DNA of 64,000 bases, taken from contig NW_024704742.1 in the NCBI RefSeq assembly GCF_018977255.1, forward strand, positions 128,404,001 through 128,468,000. The letters are read 5' to 3'. Below are positions 27,301 to 40,149 of the stretch, in pieces (positions within the stretch are counted from its first letter, which is position 1; the number at the start of each line of letters is the position of its first letter). The position numbers and the translations under genes were made by a program. This DNA comes from Callorhinchus milii (lineage: Eukaryota). The notes under the pieces were generated by a model, which did no database searches, was not told the DNA's origin, and saw nothing but the letters and a program-made list of their open reading frames with translations.

Positions 27301-28260
27301 GCATACATTGTATATTTTTATCATATACATCGTATTATTAGCATACACATCGTATATTTTTATATATAATATAAATAGGCATTTTATGTTACAATGAAGT
27401 TTGTGCTTTACATAATTATATAATTTAAAGGACAATAAAACTTTCTTGTGTGCAAGTTTTTGAAAAATATTTTCATTTTTATATATTTTTTCTTTACAGA
27501 TGATTGTGCTAACTGACCTTTTTAATAATTCAGCATCTTAAATCATAGGAAGGTATCAGACCATTGCAGCCCACCTTTCAAGAAAATAACCCTACACTAT
27601 TATATCTTTCATACACCTGAATTGATTTCTTTGCTCAATAGCTATCTAATTTCCTCTTGAATCTGCTGACACAATCTATTTCCACCACCTCTCTGAATAG
27701 CCTTTTCCACATATTCACCACTTTCTGTGAAACACAGTTAAATCTATCTGAACTGCATTTTCATCTTCCCTCTTCTTCTAAGATTCAGTCTGTGGCATCT
27801 TATAGATTCAGACAATGCCTCATGTACCTGAGTAACCCAATTGGGCTTGGTGTCTTGTTCTCTTTTAATGCCTTTAGTCTATCTGACACCAATTTACTCA
27901 CCATATTGAGTGTTTTGTTTGTGAGCGAGGTTAGGCCTGCTCACCCCCATTAACCAAATTAGACTGAATGCATTCCACTGGGGAACCAAGCTTGTCCCCG
28001 CAGACAAGCCTCAACCCCCCCCCAAACACTTCTAAGTCCCAAATTGTCAAAGGATAATGTGGAGCTTGCTGTAGTTTAGTCTATGCTGTCTACTTGCTAA
28101 TATGGTGTTGAATTCAGGATTGCACTAGATGCAGTTCAAATTATGTCCACTCCTGATTGTTGCTGCATCCTTTGCTGAGTGTAGGATTAAACCTCTTGCC
28201 TCTGAATCAGAAGGCTGTTGGTTCAAGCACAAATCTGGGCTTTGAATTCAAAGTCTAGGC

Positions 28261-29024
28261 CAGGATGGTCCAACCGATTGGCTGCTGAGGTCCGTACGCT
28301 GGATTTGAGAAACTTCTGCGGACCGCATAATCCATATTTTGATAGTTTCCTTCAGAAACATAAGCTGTAAGAATCATATTAAAAATCCTATGTTTTAAAT
28401 TGTGCAACTGTGTTACTTAATTTCACGATATTTTAGTTACAATACAAACTTTAAATAGACAATTCCTACACATTTTAAAACAATAATAATAATTTATTAC
28501 TAAAACAATAATAAGCCAGCGGCGAGCTATCTGTCCCTGTGTCTCTCTGTCTCTGTGACTTTCTCTGTGTATCTCTTTCACTTTCTCTGGGTGTGTCCAG
28601 CACTTTAGGACGTCCTCCCGACGGGAATGTAATGTTGTTGTTGTTGTTGTCTGTACCTCTCTCTGTCGGTTTATGTGTGTCCCGATCTCTCTCTCTCTCT
28701 GTCTTTCCGTGTGTGTGTGTGTGTGTGTGTGTATGTGTCTCTCTCTCTCTCACTTTCTTGTATTAGAGAGAGATCCAGTGACTCCATCACTCCGAGACAC
28801 CGTCTGCCGTAAAGGGCGCTATATAAATGCAAATTGTTGTTGTTGTTACTGGTTTGAAAGTGATTGACAGGTTCTGCTGCTAACCAACGCTTTGCCCTGT
28901 TGTTTTTCCCACTGGGTGAGACCAAGCTTGGGTTCTGAACACCGAGTGCGACTGTGTTCGCAAGCCAGATTAAATTATCTCCTGGGCCAGATATGACCCC
29001 CGGGCCGCCAGTTTAACCATCCTG
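28261..29024. mobile_element. Non-autonomous hAT-type DNA transposon (MITE)
   Basis: TIRs CAGGATGGTCCAAC / GTTTAACCATCCTG (12/14 match), subterminal GGGCCG motifs and a degenerate 8-bp TSD GTCTAGGC / GTTGAGGT. The host SINE resumes after 29024. Confidence 0.75.
28686..28751. repeat. Compound (TC)n/(GT)n microsatellite inside the hAT MITE
   Basis: Read directly from the sequence. Confidence 0.9.
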
Positions 29025-31362
29025 GTTGAGGTTAAAACTGCAATACAGTGCTGATGGGACGCTACGCTGTCAGAGGTGCCGTCCTTCAACTGAAATGATA
29101 AACCAAGGTCCTGTCTGCCTGTTCAGGTGCATGTTATCGATGCTACTACATCATTGGAAAAGAAAAGGGAGTTTTCCATTGTCCTGACCAAAAATTTCCT
29201 GGGGAAAATTGGACATTCACTTCATGACTGTCTGTGTACAAAATTGGCCGCAGTATTCTCCTACAAAATACTTATTCACTGTACTTTATAGTAAATCCTA
29301 TAAAGCACTTTAAGACGTCCTTCTGACATGAAAGGACAATATGAAATGCAAGAATTATTATTCTGTGCACTTGGCAGAAACTGGTATGAAGGATGTGGCC
29401 TCATAACACTTAGGTAGTGTTAATGAGGCAATGTATTTCTTCCTACCTCAAAGATTGTAACCTTCTCACTCCCTATGATAGTATCTCCAGGTACTTCGCT
29501 CTAGGAGATCAGTATTCACAGGGTAAACATCAAAATAAAAAGGGAAACCAAGTGCAATTTTAGCCGGCATAGGAGATGCACAAAACATGTTTACAGCATT
29601 AAGCCATGTCTCATTTGCAATAACTCATCTGTCCGTACAGAGTTTCAAACTGCCAAAGCCTGCGGCTTCCGCACAGAGTGATTTACTGAAAATCATATGA
29701 GAGGCCAATTGATTAGAACAGTAAATTCTGTGAGTGTCCATAAAATGTGAACAATTTAGCTCCTATTATCTACCGTTTTTAAGAAATGCACTGAAATGTT
29801 ACTCGTGGAAACGTCATTTGTGAGTTGTCCTAAAATTATTTGTGCCAAAGGTTTCTCTCTGTAGTTCACATGGGGTTCTAATTCATAATAATAGTAATAA
29901 TAATCCTTACATTTGGTATAGTGCCTTTCACACTGGGAGGATGTCCCAAAGCTCTTTACAGCATATACTGTAAAGTGCAGTGACTGTTTTTGTGGGTGAA
30001 TGAGGCAACCAATTTGCAAACAGTAACATCCTCCAATCAGCTATGGAGTGGGTGACCAATTTTATATGGCGTTTGTTGGCCAAGACACTGGGAGAAACTC
30101 TGTTCTCATGGCATCTTTAAGATCCAACAGAACCAGCAAACAGGGTCTTCGTTCAATGTCTCCTCCAAAGTACGGCAGATCCAACAATGCAGAACATTGG
30201 TGTGTTGTCATAAACTATATAAGTTCTACATTATCCAATTTGTGCAAACAAGTAGAGTGGTCCTAGCTGGAGCAGCTGCTGGAAGCTCTCATTGTCAAGC
30301 TATGTGGTTTTGCTTGGTTAAACTCCAGCAGTACCCCAACTCACGCCCCTGTTTATCTAGCAGTAATTAGGAACTCAGTTGTTAGTCGATTAGCGGATCG
30401 CTTTCCTGGGATAATAATCCCTCAAAAAAAAATTGGTCAATCAATCCATGACTGTTTGTGGGAAACTGCTGTGTGCAATTGGTCACCATGTTTCGCCCAC
30501 AAAATATACAGTTAATTTTCCGATATATTCTGTGAAGCACTTTGAGACATCTCAACGACGTGATAACGTGCTATATCAAATGCAAGGATTATTTACTATA
30601 TAATTATTACAGACACAGGGAACATCCCATGTGTAGGAGGCACACATATGCGTGACACATGGTTAGTCTATATGCTATAGATCTGCACACTTTGTTTATG
30701 ACCATGTTTCACTGTTTTTGGCAAATCTGGCCTAATATTGTGATATTAAAAGTGTGAAGTTACTCAGAAATAAGCATTGCATTGCAGGAGAAGATTTAGA
30801 CTTACAGTGTGTTTGTTGACTGATTTGATAGCACTCTTGCCTGAATCAGAAGGTTGTGGGTTCAAGCTCCTCATTAGGACTTTCAAATCAGTCTGGGCTG
30901 ACCACCCATTAAAAGGCTGAGGGTGTGCTGCATTGTTGGTGTTAGAATTTACACTTTTTGTATAATGTTAGAATCATAATACATGTTGCGAACGGGTTAA
31001 CCTTTAAGTTAAGTGTGGGGGGCAACTGGACTGACACTCATGATTAACACTCAACAGCAACAAAAGGCAACTCTCAAGAATAGCAGCTAACGAGCAAATT
31101 GCTTAAACTGGAGGACCTTGGTACCATCCCGGGATACTGATAAGAAATAACCAGTCACTTAAAAGGAATGTACTAATGATCCCACCTTACAAAATAATAA
31201 GCCTCAGATAACAGAGGTCTTAAGGACAATGTGTATGTGTGCTGAGGCACGTACACCCCATGAGGTGTTCACGTGAACCCAGCATGATTTCGACCAGGTG
31301 ATCTAATGTCCGCACCATGATTGGACAAGCATCGGTATAAAAGTTCCGATAACTTTGTGTAC

Positions 31363-31677
31363 GGGGCCGTCCCGGGTTGCGGAGACAAGGGTACGGGAGA
31401 TGGGGCCGTCCCGGGTCGCGGAGACAAGAGTACGGGAGATGGGGCCGTCCCGGGTCGCGGAGACAAGGGTACGGGAGATGGGGCCGTCCCGGGTCGCAGA
31501 GACAAGGGTACAGGAGATGGGGCCATCCCGGGCTGCGGAGACAAGGGTACGGGAGATGGAAGACTGAGGATATCAGATGGGGCCATCCCGGGTCGCGGAG
31601 ACAAGGGTACGGGAGATGGGGCCATCCCGGGCTGCGGAGACAAGGGTACGGGAGATGGAAGACTGAGGATATCAGAT
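31363..31677 (+). repeat. 39-bp GC-rich tandem array (7 units plus two 21-bp spacer units) inside the LTR
   Basis: Unit GGGGCCGTCCCGGGTCGCGGAGACAAGGGTACGGGAGAT starts at 31363, 31402, 31441, 31480, 31519, 31579 and 31618; GGAAGACTGAGGATATCAGAT at 31558 and 31657. Confidence 0.97.
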
Positions 31678-31974
31678 GGAAGATTGAAAGCTGTCAGCAA
31701 GAAGACTGAAAGCATGAAGAATCAAGCTTGTGTGCTGTAAAGACACAGTGTTGAACTCGAGATATCTACGGTGGTATTGTCCTGTTATACGATCTGTTGA
31801 TTGTACTGGCCTTTGGTCTGACCCATCGGGATATTGGGGAATAACGAACGAATAATAATAAAACAGTCAGATATCTGGTTGCAAACGGATTATGGCTGAT
31901 TTTATTTTCTAACAGATTGGCGTAGTCGGCAGGATACTCTGAATTAATACACTCAGCAGTTGACGTGTTTGTGA

Positions 31975-32147
31975 GTCCGGTACGACGGTAACTAGTAAAT
32001 AGTTGGGACGGTGGCCGTGGCACTCGCAGAAATTAGGAGTCCGGTACGACCGTAACTAGTAGATAGATGGGACGGTGGCCGTGGTACTCGCAGAAATTAT
32101 GTGTCCAGTACAATCGTAACTAGTAGATAGTTGGGACGATGGCCGTG
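31975..32147 (+). repeat. 64-bp tandem array (about 2.7 units) in the 3' part of the LTR
   Basis: Unit GTCCGGTACGACGGTAACTAGT...GGGACGGTGGCCGTGG..CTCGCAGAAATTA starts at 31975, 32039 and 32103. Confidence 0.95.
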
Positions 32148-33394
32148 CCTGAGGGCAATTAACCAAGTGTATTAACCCATTGGGATTCTGAGTATTAAAG
32201 AACCAATATAATCCATTTGAGCGAGTGTCTCTTATATGGATTTTCTTACATTGGAAAACACCTTCAGATGAGGTGTTTTTTTCTGTCCAGGTGGACATTA
32301 AAGATCCTATAGCATGACTTGAAAAGAAAAGGGAATTTCTTCAGGTGCCCTGGCCAACAATACCCAAATGAAACATGGAGGTTAATTTGTACCCAAAAGC
32401 CATGAAGTGATTGACGAATTTTTATCTGGGATATTGTTGGCGAAACAGTGTGATGTTCAGGCACATTTCACGGACTCGACTACTGTTATTTGTTATTTCT
32501 GGGGGGTTAAATGTAAAGCTCTGGATGTAAGATCAATCATCAAGCACTCAATTTGTGGGGATTGAGACCCATGGCAGTGAAGTGGCAGTATATAAGAAGC
32601 GCCATTAAATAAGGAATTGAAAGTGGATCAGTGGTACATTTAACTGCTTCATAATCTGAGAGTGAGAAGTTGATAGTTATTGTAACCTCAAAACCTTAAG
32701 AGTGTGTTACAGCCTTGAGCACAGTCCCAAGCACCTGAAGCTTTAATCAGCTATATATCTCTACTTCTTCTGCGTCATAATCACTCGTAGATAATCTCTC
32801 CTGTTGAAATAGAATTCTTAAGATGGTCATTGTGTGCGGTCCCTTTACAACGTGGGTTTAACATTGAAATTAGGTTCTTAATAAGTAGGACTGTAGGGAA
32901 TTGCTGTAAACTCACCAGCCAAATGGATATTTCATTAATTAGATAGGAATCAGTATTAAACTAAAGCTGGCGATTTCAGATGTACGTTTCATCATTAACA
33001 TTCATCTGAATCGGACCACACATTATACCTTGCCAGATGATCACAAGAGACAGCTTGAGTGCAGATATTTTGTGTGGTAACTCTTTAGCAATAGCAATGC
33101 TGGGACGAAAGGTCGTGGCCCCTGATGTGAGGATTATCACTGGCAATAATGGCATTGACCAAAAATGCAGGCCAAAAGTGTCCTTTGGTTATTGACTGAG
33201 TTCATCACAGTAGTTTTGCCTAGTCACCCAAAGCCTCAGGGAGCCACTGTTGTCATCACCGATAATAATCATCACATTACATATCACGCTTCTCCCTCTT
33301 TCCCCAAACCCCCCCCCACTCTATCCCCATCCCTATCCCTTGGATTTTAACTCCAACAGTACCGATAGGGATCTGTTCACTGGGAAATATATAA

Positions 33395-33612
33395 AATCAT
33401 AGAATTATACAGCACAGAAGGAGGCCATTCAGCCAATCGTGTCAGTGCCGGCTCTTTGAAAAAGCTGTCCAAATTAATCCCACTACCCCACTCTCCCCAA
33501 AGCCCTGCAAATTTGTCCTTCCCAAATATCTATCTTCTCTCTTGAAAGTTGTTATCGAATTGGCTTCCACCCCCCTTTCAGGCAATGCATTCCAGATCCA
33601 AACAACTCGCTG
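33395..33612 (-). mobile_element. CR1 3' fragment
   Basis: Same tail as the 655-860 copy (CACAGAAGGAGGCCATTCA.CC.ATCGTG). Confidence 0.8.
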
Positions 33613-34234
33613 AAAAGCACCTCCAGGACTTCAGGACAGGAATCAATATTTGTGCATTAGAATGTTGTATTTTCCACATTCAATTTGGCATTCCTCATAA
33701 ATAAACATTGCTCGGTGGAATTTGGAGATCATAATAGAATACAATACAAGATTACATTTATATCAGGAGAATGTCCCAAAGCGTTTAATGGTACTGCCGG
33801 GCACCCGAGCTGAGGGTGGGATAATGTCTACATCACAAAATACAGAGTCACTTACACATTATAGTAAAGCTTATTGAAATACTTTGAGATGTACTGTTGA
33901 TGTGAAAGTTGCTGAATTAAATGTAAAGATTATTTTCATTATTATTATAATAAATATGGTATATTTCTTGTTTTTCTGGTAGGTGTTTTTGTAATAAGTA
34001 TAAATCTCCACAAAAATAAACCTCTAATGGTATTGATAGCATGGAAACAATAAGTATTCTAGTGCAGTGCAATACAATTTATATTTATATAGCACGTTTC
34101 CTGTTAAGAGGACATCTCAAGGCGTATTACTGTCTTGGCACCCGAGCTACGGGTGGAGACGAAAGGAGTAAGGAAGCTCTCGATGACCAAAGATGCGGTC
34201 AATGAAGAATTTCTTAAAAGTCCACCTGCTCATG

Positions 34235-34593
34235 ATAATAATAATCCTTGCATTTGTTATCATGCCTCATCATGCTGTTGAGGCATCTCAAAGTGCTTCA
34301 AAGAATATATTATAAAGTGGATTGACTGTATTTTGTGGGCGAAACACGGCAGCCAATTGCACACAGCAATGTCCCACAAACAATCGTAGATTGAGTGACA
34401 ACATTTTTTTGAGAGGGATTGTTACCCCCGGAAAGTGATCCGCCAATCAACTAACAACCGAGTTCTTACTTACTGCTTGGTAAACAGAGGCATATGGAGT
34501 AAGGAAACTTGCCTAAGGTTTCTCCCCACCCAGGAATCGAACCTGGTTCCTCTCACTTGCGAAGCGAGCGCGTTACTCACTACGCTATGGGCC
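34235..34593 (-). mobile_element. SINE family A, full-length copy
   Basis: tRNA-like head with B box GGTTCGATTCC, body GCCTCTGTTTACCAAGCAGTAAGTAAGAA, and (ATT)n tail. Confidence 0.85.
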
Positions 34594-37500
34594 TGATGGT
34601 GAGATGGATAGGGTGGGGAACGTGAAGCAGGACATTGTTTACTGAGCAAAGATAGCAGCCTGGTCAGTAGGATTGAAGTTGATTGTGGAGGTAGAGTGGG
34701 GCGACGTTGTGGAGAACTTGAAGATGAGAACGAGGTTTCGACTGACCAGCATATAAATGTAGGGAGCAGTGGTATTGTAAAGCACAGTGTTCCAAGGCTG
34801 TATTCTTCAACAGCAGACATTCAGACAAGGCAACAGTCAATGTTCATTTAATACAAGGCATTGTGCTCATTACTGTGTTTTTAATGAGCTATTATACTGA
34901 AACAGGAAACGTATTCTTTCAAGAACAAGAAAAATATTGGAATTGTACTTTAAGACTTTAAATGCTAAAGCAAGTGTTTGGTTCAGCCAAGCAGTAAACG
35001 GTTAGCAAGTGGCATTTTTGCAGATGAATTTACTTTAATTATTCGACAGCTCAAGTGACACTAAATAGAACAAGAGGAGTAAATCTGTTTGAACCGTCTG
35101 TGTAATGATAACAACACGGGCAGTTTGGCTATCACTTGCAAAGCTGTGTGCCCTATTTCAAATATGCTTTTAATTGAACCTTTAAAGTGTGAATTTTCTT
35201 ATGTGGTTCAATGGATAACTTTGCTGTCTGGTATAGTACTGAGCCATGGAGGTCCCTGGATCAGTTTCTGGTTCATAACAACAACAACGTGCATTTATGT
35301 AGCGTCTTTACACAGGATGGCATCTTGGAGTGTTTCAATGAGCTGAGACAGGAGTAAAGGGTGCTACAGGTGGCTTCATTGCCCCCGGACTAGGAAAGAT
35401 TAAACATTTTAAAAGTCAAAAGTTTTACTCTGGATCATGTTTTCTAAGACTGTATAATGAAGCGTTTTGTCTATTTTTAAAACATTTTTTAAACAAGAAA
35501 GATAATTGTGAGTTGTATTCACAACCAGAGTCCGAGGTGACGCTTGCTTTTTCCCCCTACAGATAGCTTTTGTTTGAAGTTTATCTGACCTCTGTTTACC
35601 TAGTTGTGAGTAGGAACCAGGTTGTTAGTCGATTGGCGGATTGCTCTCCAGGGTAATAATCCCTCCCCAAAAGAAAATGTGGTCACTCAATTCATGACTG
35701 TTTGTGGGACACTGCTGTGCGCAATTGGCTGCCACGTTTGCACCCACAAAATACACAGTCACTCCACTTCACAGTATATCCTGTGAAGCGCTTTGAGACA
35801 TCTCAACGACATGATAAGGTGCAATAACAAATACAAGGATTATTATTATTACTAAAATATATAACTCCTGGTCGTGGCACAGGAACTCAGTTCAAGATGC
35901 ATGTGCCTGGTCATCAGGTAAGAACAAGATTGGTTTTGTCTTTGACGTATTTTTTCCTATCGCCAACAAACCTTTCGGAGATTCCACATTTCAGACCAAT
36001 ATCAGCCTGCCTAAGTTGTTTGCACTCTTGCCTGGAGTTTTGCCTGATTTAGCTTTGAGTGACCTAAGGTAGGAACAGATTTGATTGCTGAACATTTTGT
36101 TCTCATTCAATGCTTTCCTATGTTCTTTTTATTTGTGCCATGTTGATTCAATTTGTAGCTCATGCCCCTGAGTCAGAAGGCTGTAGTCCAAGTCCCACAT
36201 CAGACCTTTTATCTCATAGTCTAGGCTGACACTCTGGGGGAGCACTGCATTGTCAGAGATGCCATCCTTCAGATGTGATGCTAAACCAAGATTCTGTCTG
36301 CCTATTCAGGTGAATGTTGACGATCCCACTGACACTATTTGGAAAGAGAAGGAAGTTTCTCCTGATGCCCTGGCCATCGACTCCCAGATAAAATTGGTCA
36401 TTCATGTCACAGTGGTTTGTGGGGCATTGCTGTGGTCAAATTGGCATTTTATACAAAACACTTATGAGGCTCTTTGAGATGACAAATCAAATACAAGGAA
36501 TGTTATTATCGCTTTCTCATCCACAATCTGAAATGTGCCAGTGCAGCCATTCTAATAAAGCATCTCCTCCCACTGCTGCCCTTCCTAAAATCTATTGCCA
36601 TAATAGCTTGGCTCAACAAGGTCAGGGCTTCCACTCGAGGAAGGAGGAGGTTTTATTACTGAATTCTGTCTAACTACCCACATTCAGGCACAATGCATAC
36701 AATAGTCAGCCTGTTTTTGAGAACACCCATTGGCATGAAGTAAGAATTAATTAATTTTCTGCCAGAGACTGATTTGAAACTCTTTGCAAACTTTAGAATT
36801 TGATTTTCTTTCAGCTATCTTGAAAGTTGCTTTTCAAGCAAACTACTAGAGACTTGTAAATAGGTGATGTAAGTAAAATGAGCCTTTCTTTTTATCCCAT
36901 GCTGACCTGCTTCATATCCCCTGCCCTATCCGCCCCACCATCGGTAGGCAAACTTTCAGCCATTCTGCCCCACTCTCTGAACACCATCTCAGATACCATC
37001 CATCTCATTCCCTCCATCACATTCAAAGAATGACTCAAGACTTACCTCTTTGACTGCACTTTTTGTCATCTCTCCTGTCTCCACTTTTGTAGACTCCCAC
37101 CGCCAGCTCTGGTTCTGAGTCAGCAGTCTGAAGTGCTTTGAGATGCGAAAGATACTGCATAAATGCAATTTGTACTGTATTGTAAGCGAAAAACACGCAA
37201 TGTTAATACTGGCTGAGTCATGTTGCAGTCCTTATTAATCTTTATTGAGTCAGTGAGTCTGATTTTACAATGATTAAAAAGGAAGTGAACAAAAATAGAT
37301 TTCTTCTTTCCTCCTCCCTTGTTACCAATGTTGTGAGTATTCTAACTGAATTCATTTGAGTTACCACAGCCTGCAGTGCCTGTGGTTGAATCTCACATCT
37401 GCATGTTAATGAGATGGAGTTCTGGCAGAGGCTGGCAGTCCCACTCACCTCTGATCATTGTAATGAGCTGTCAGCGGAATTGCACACATATGTTCAAGCT

Positions 37501-38679
37501 TTCTACAACAAAATACTGCAACTTTTATCCTCCATGGCACCGAGGGGAAATGGTCAATTGCAGCATTACTGGTGCTTCAGTCCATTGTTTAATGTTGTGT
37601 TTGCTTGAGAGAAGACATCTCAATGGGGAACCTAGTATAAGTATATAACATTTTAAATTGGATTGAAAAAAGTACTTTAGGATGCACCAAGGCAGCAGAA
37701 CAAGAGGGCATAGGTTTAGAGTTGCGAAGCTCAATATCAGAACAGGCACAAGAAACTTTTCCTTTACTCAGAGGTAAATAACAACAACAAATTACCTTTG
37801 AATAGTGCCTTAATAACAACTGGGAACAGGCTGCCAGGAAAGGTGGTTGAGGACAGGCACTGGATTCATTTGAAAAGCAGCTTGATACTGTGAGGGGAGG
37901 ATGGTTGGGTGGGTATTCTTCAAGGATGAGATCAGATGAGCCAAATGGCCTTCTTTATTTAACCTTGTATTTGTAGGATCATTTTTCATTCACGTTCAAT
38001 GGGTTTACCATTTTCATCTCAACCACATCAGACAGGAAAGGTTAGTAGACCTTATTCCCTGCCTTTGTCTTGCAAATGGAATAAACTAAAATGACTGGAA
38101 TTCTCATATGGCATTCAAAAGAAGTGAAAGAAGCATTGAATGCAGGAGAGTTCAGTTTGATGCAGAATTGCGGTTAACAAGAACACACAGCAAAAATCCT
38201 GTCATAAAATTAATTGACATAAAATTAATCATTCAATCCGTGGCTGTTTGTGGGACACTGTTGTGTGAAAATTAACCAGTTTAATCTGGGTGATTGTTGG
38301 TCTGGAAACTGGGATAAACTCCCCAAAAAACAAAAAAGAGGTGTTTTCTGGATGAACGCGGCAGCCAAGTTACGCACAGCAACTCCCATAAACAGCCATG
38401 GAGTGATTTACCAGTATTGTCTGGGGGATTGTTGGTCAGGATACTGGGAGAAACTGCCTTCTCTTTTTGAATAATGTTATTCAACTCTTTCAACTCCACC
38501 CGAACAGGCAGACGGGATCTCAGTTTAACATCTCATCCAAAGGACAGCACCTCCATCAATGCAGCACCCCGCCCCCCCAACTTTCATGAGAGAATAGAGT
38601 GCTTCAATTATTTGTGAATAGAGTCATGTGAACTTCCATATTATTAATACATGATTGCTTTTAGCCTGCAAATCTCGCA

Positions 38680-38978
38680 CTCAGCACTCGCTTTACAAGC
38701 GAGAGACATGAGTTCAATTCCAGGCAGGGCGAAACCTTGGGCAAGTTTCCTTACTCCACACGCCTAATAATAATCCCTCCAAAAAACAAAACAATAATAA
38801 ATTGGTCATTTTCAATCTACGACTGTTTGTGGGACATTGCTGTGCACAATTGGCTGCTGCGTTCGCCCACAAATATACAGTCAATTCACTTTACAGTATA
38901 TTCTGTGAAGCGCTTTGGGACATCTAATAGACGTGAAAAGCACTATATCAAATGCAAGGATTATTATTATTATTATTT
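38680..38978 (+). mobile_element. SINE family A copy with the same internal deletion as 1470-1799
   Basis: The CTCCACACGCC|TAATAATAATCCCTCCAAAA junction is shared with the minus-strand copy at about 1670-1700. Confidence 0.8.
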
Positions 38979-40149
38979 TATAATCTGGGTTATGCTGGTA
39001 AGATTTTTCCTCTACCAAAGTGAGATTGGTAGCGTAACAGGAGACTATGTGTAATCAAGTTACATATTTCCGCTAGTAAGGATTAATTATTAGATTTGGA
39101 GATGCCCTGGTGTGTTGGATAATAAGGTAGTTGCAGTTTCCATATGGGAATAACAGTCCAGACAGTATTAAAGTCGCAGTCAGAATGAGAAAGGCTGATT
39201 GTAATGTGTATGGTGATCAAAACTGAGCAAAGTAATCTACATTGTGAATCTTTTAACATAATGTCTGTGGATGGACTGTATATGGAACTCTTCTAGCATT
39301 CTATTAGCAATTTTAATTGCTTCATCGCCTTGTTCGGACATTGACATTGACATATCCAAACTCCCAGAAGACAGACTTTCAGTTAATGGGTTGTACAAGA
39401 GGTTTCTCAAACGTTAGATTTGTTAATTATTCATGTTTTTNAATTATTCTTCCACAGCACATACACATCTATTTTTGATGCATTGGATGGAAATGTCCTC
39501 AACCAATTTCCACACATAAATTGCTGAAGGTATAAATTATCAATATATTATATATACATATTTCTGAGTAAGTCTAGGGTGTCATTCATGATATGTCATT
39601 AAACCTGATGAGCGAAAAGAATGAAGACGTTTCATCACACAAAGGGTTGGGAAAATGTAAAATACACAACTCCAGAAGGCACAGTGGTAGAATCAATATT
39701 GTAGGTGCTGACCTTCGGATGAGATGTTAAACTGAGGACTTGTCCAGCTGTTGAAGGCTGATTTTAAAGAAGGTGTTTCACCCACAAAATATACAGTCAA
39801 TTCACTTTACAGTATATTCTGTGAAGCACTTTTAGAATGTCTCGAAGATTGTGACAAATGCAAGGATCATTATTAATATTATTATACTTATAATCATTAT
39901 TATTATTATTCTCATGGCAGTATTCAAAAAGAGATGGGAGCTTATCCTGGGGTCCTGGCCAAATATGCCCTAAGTAAAATTGATCATTCTCTTCATCATT
40001 TATGGGACCTTGCTGGGTACAAATTGCCTGCTGCATTTGCCTACAAATACATCGGCACTACTCTTTACAGTAAATCCTGAAAAATTCTTTGAATCAACTT
40101 CCCAACATGGAAGGCGCTTTGTTAAATGCAAGGATTCTTTATTTTAAAA

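Larger units (their letters stand above)
30940..32250 (+). mobile_element. Solo LTR of an endogenous retrovirus or LTR retrotransposon
   Basis: Starts TGTTAGAA and ends TTCTTACA (imperfect inverted termini). TTGG is duplicated at 30936-30939 and 32251-32254. TATAAAA at 31336 and AATAAA at 31857. Splits a Deu-type SINE. Confidence 0.8.

Noticed and set aside
31269..31740. Overlapping repetitive ORFs (GDGAVPGRGDKGT; RRQGYGRWG; PSPVPLSP)
   Set aside because: By-product of 39-nt and 21-nt stop-free repeat units inside an LTR; open in several frames, with no domain or splice evidence.
31363..32147. CRISPR-like appearance of the arrays
   Set aside because: Units are head-to-tail with no unique spacers, there are no cas genes, and the context is vertebrate.
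39441..39441. Single ambiguous base n
   Set aside because: Assembly ambiguity, not biology.
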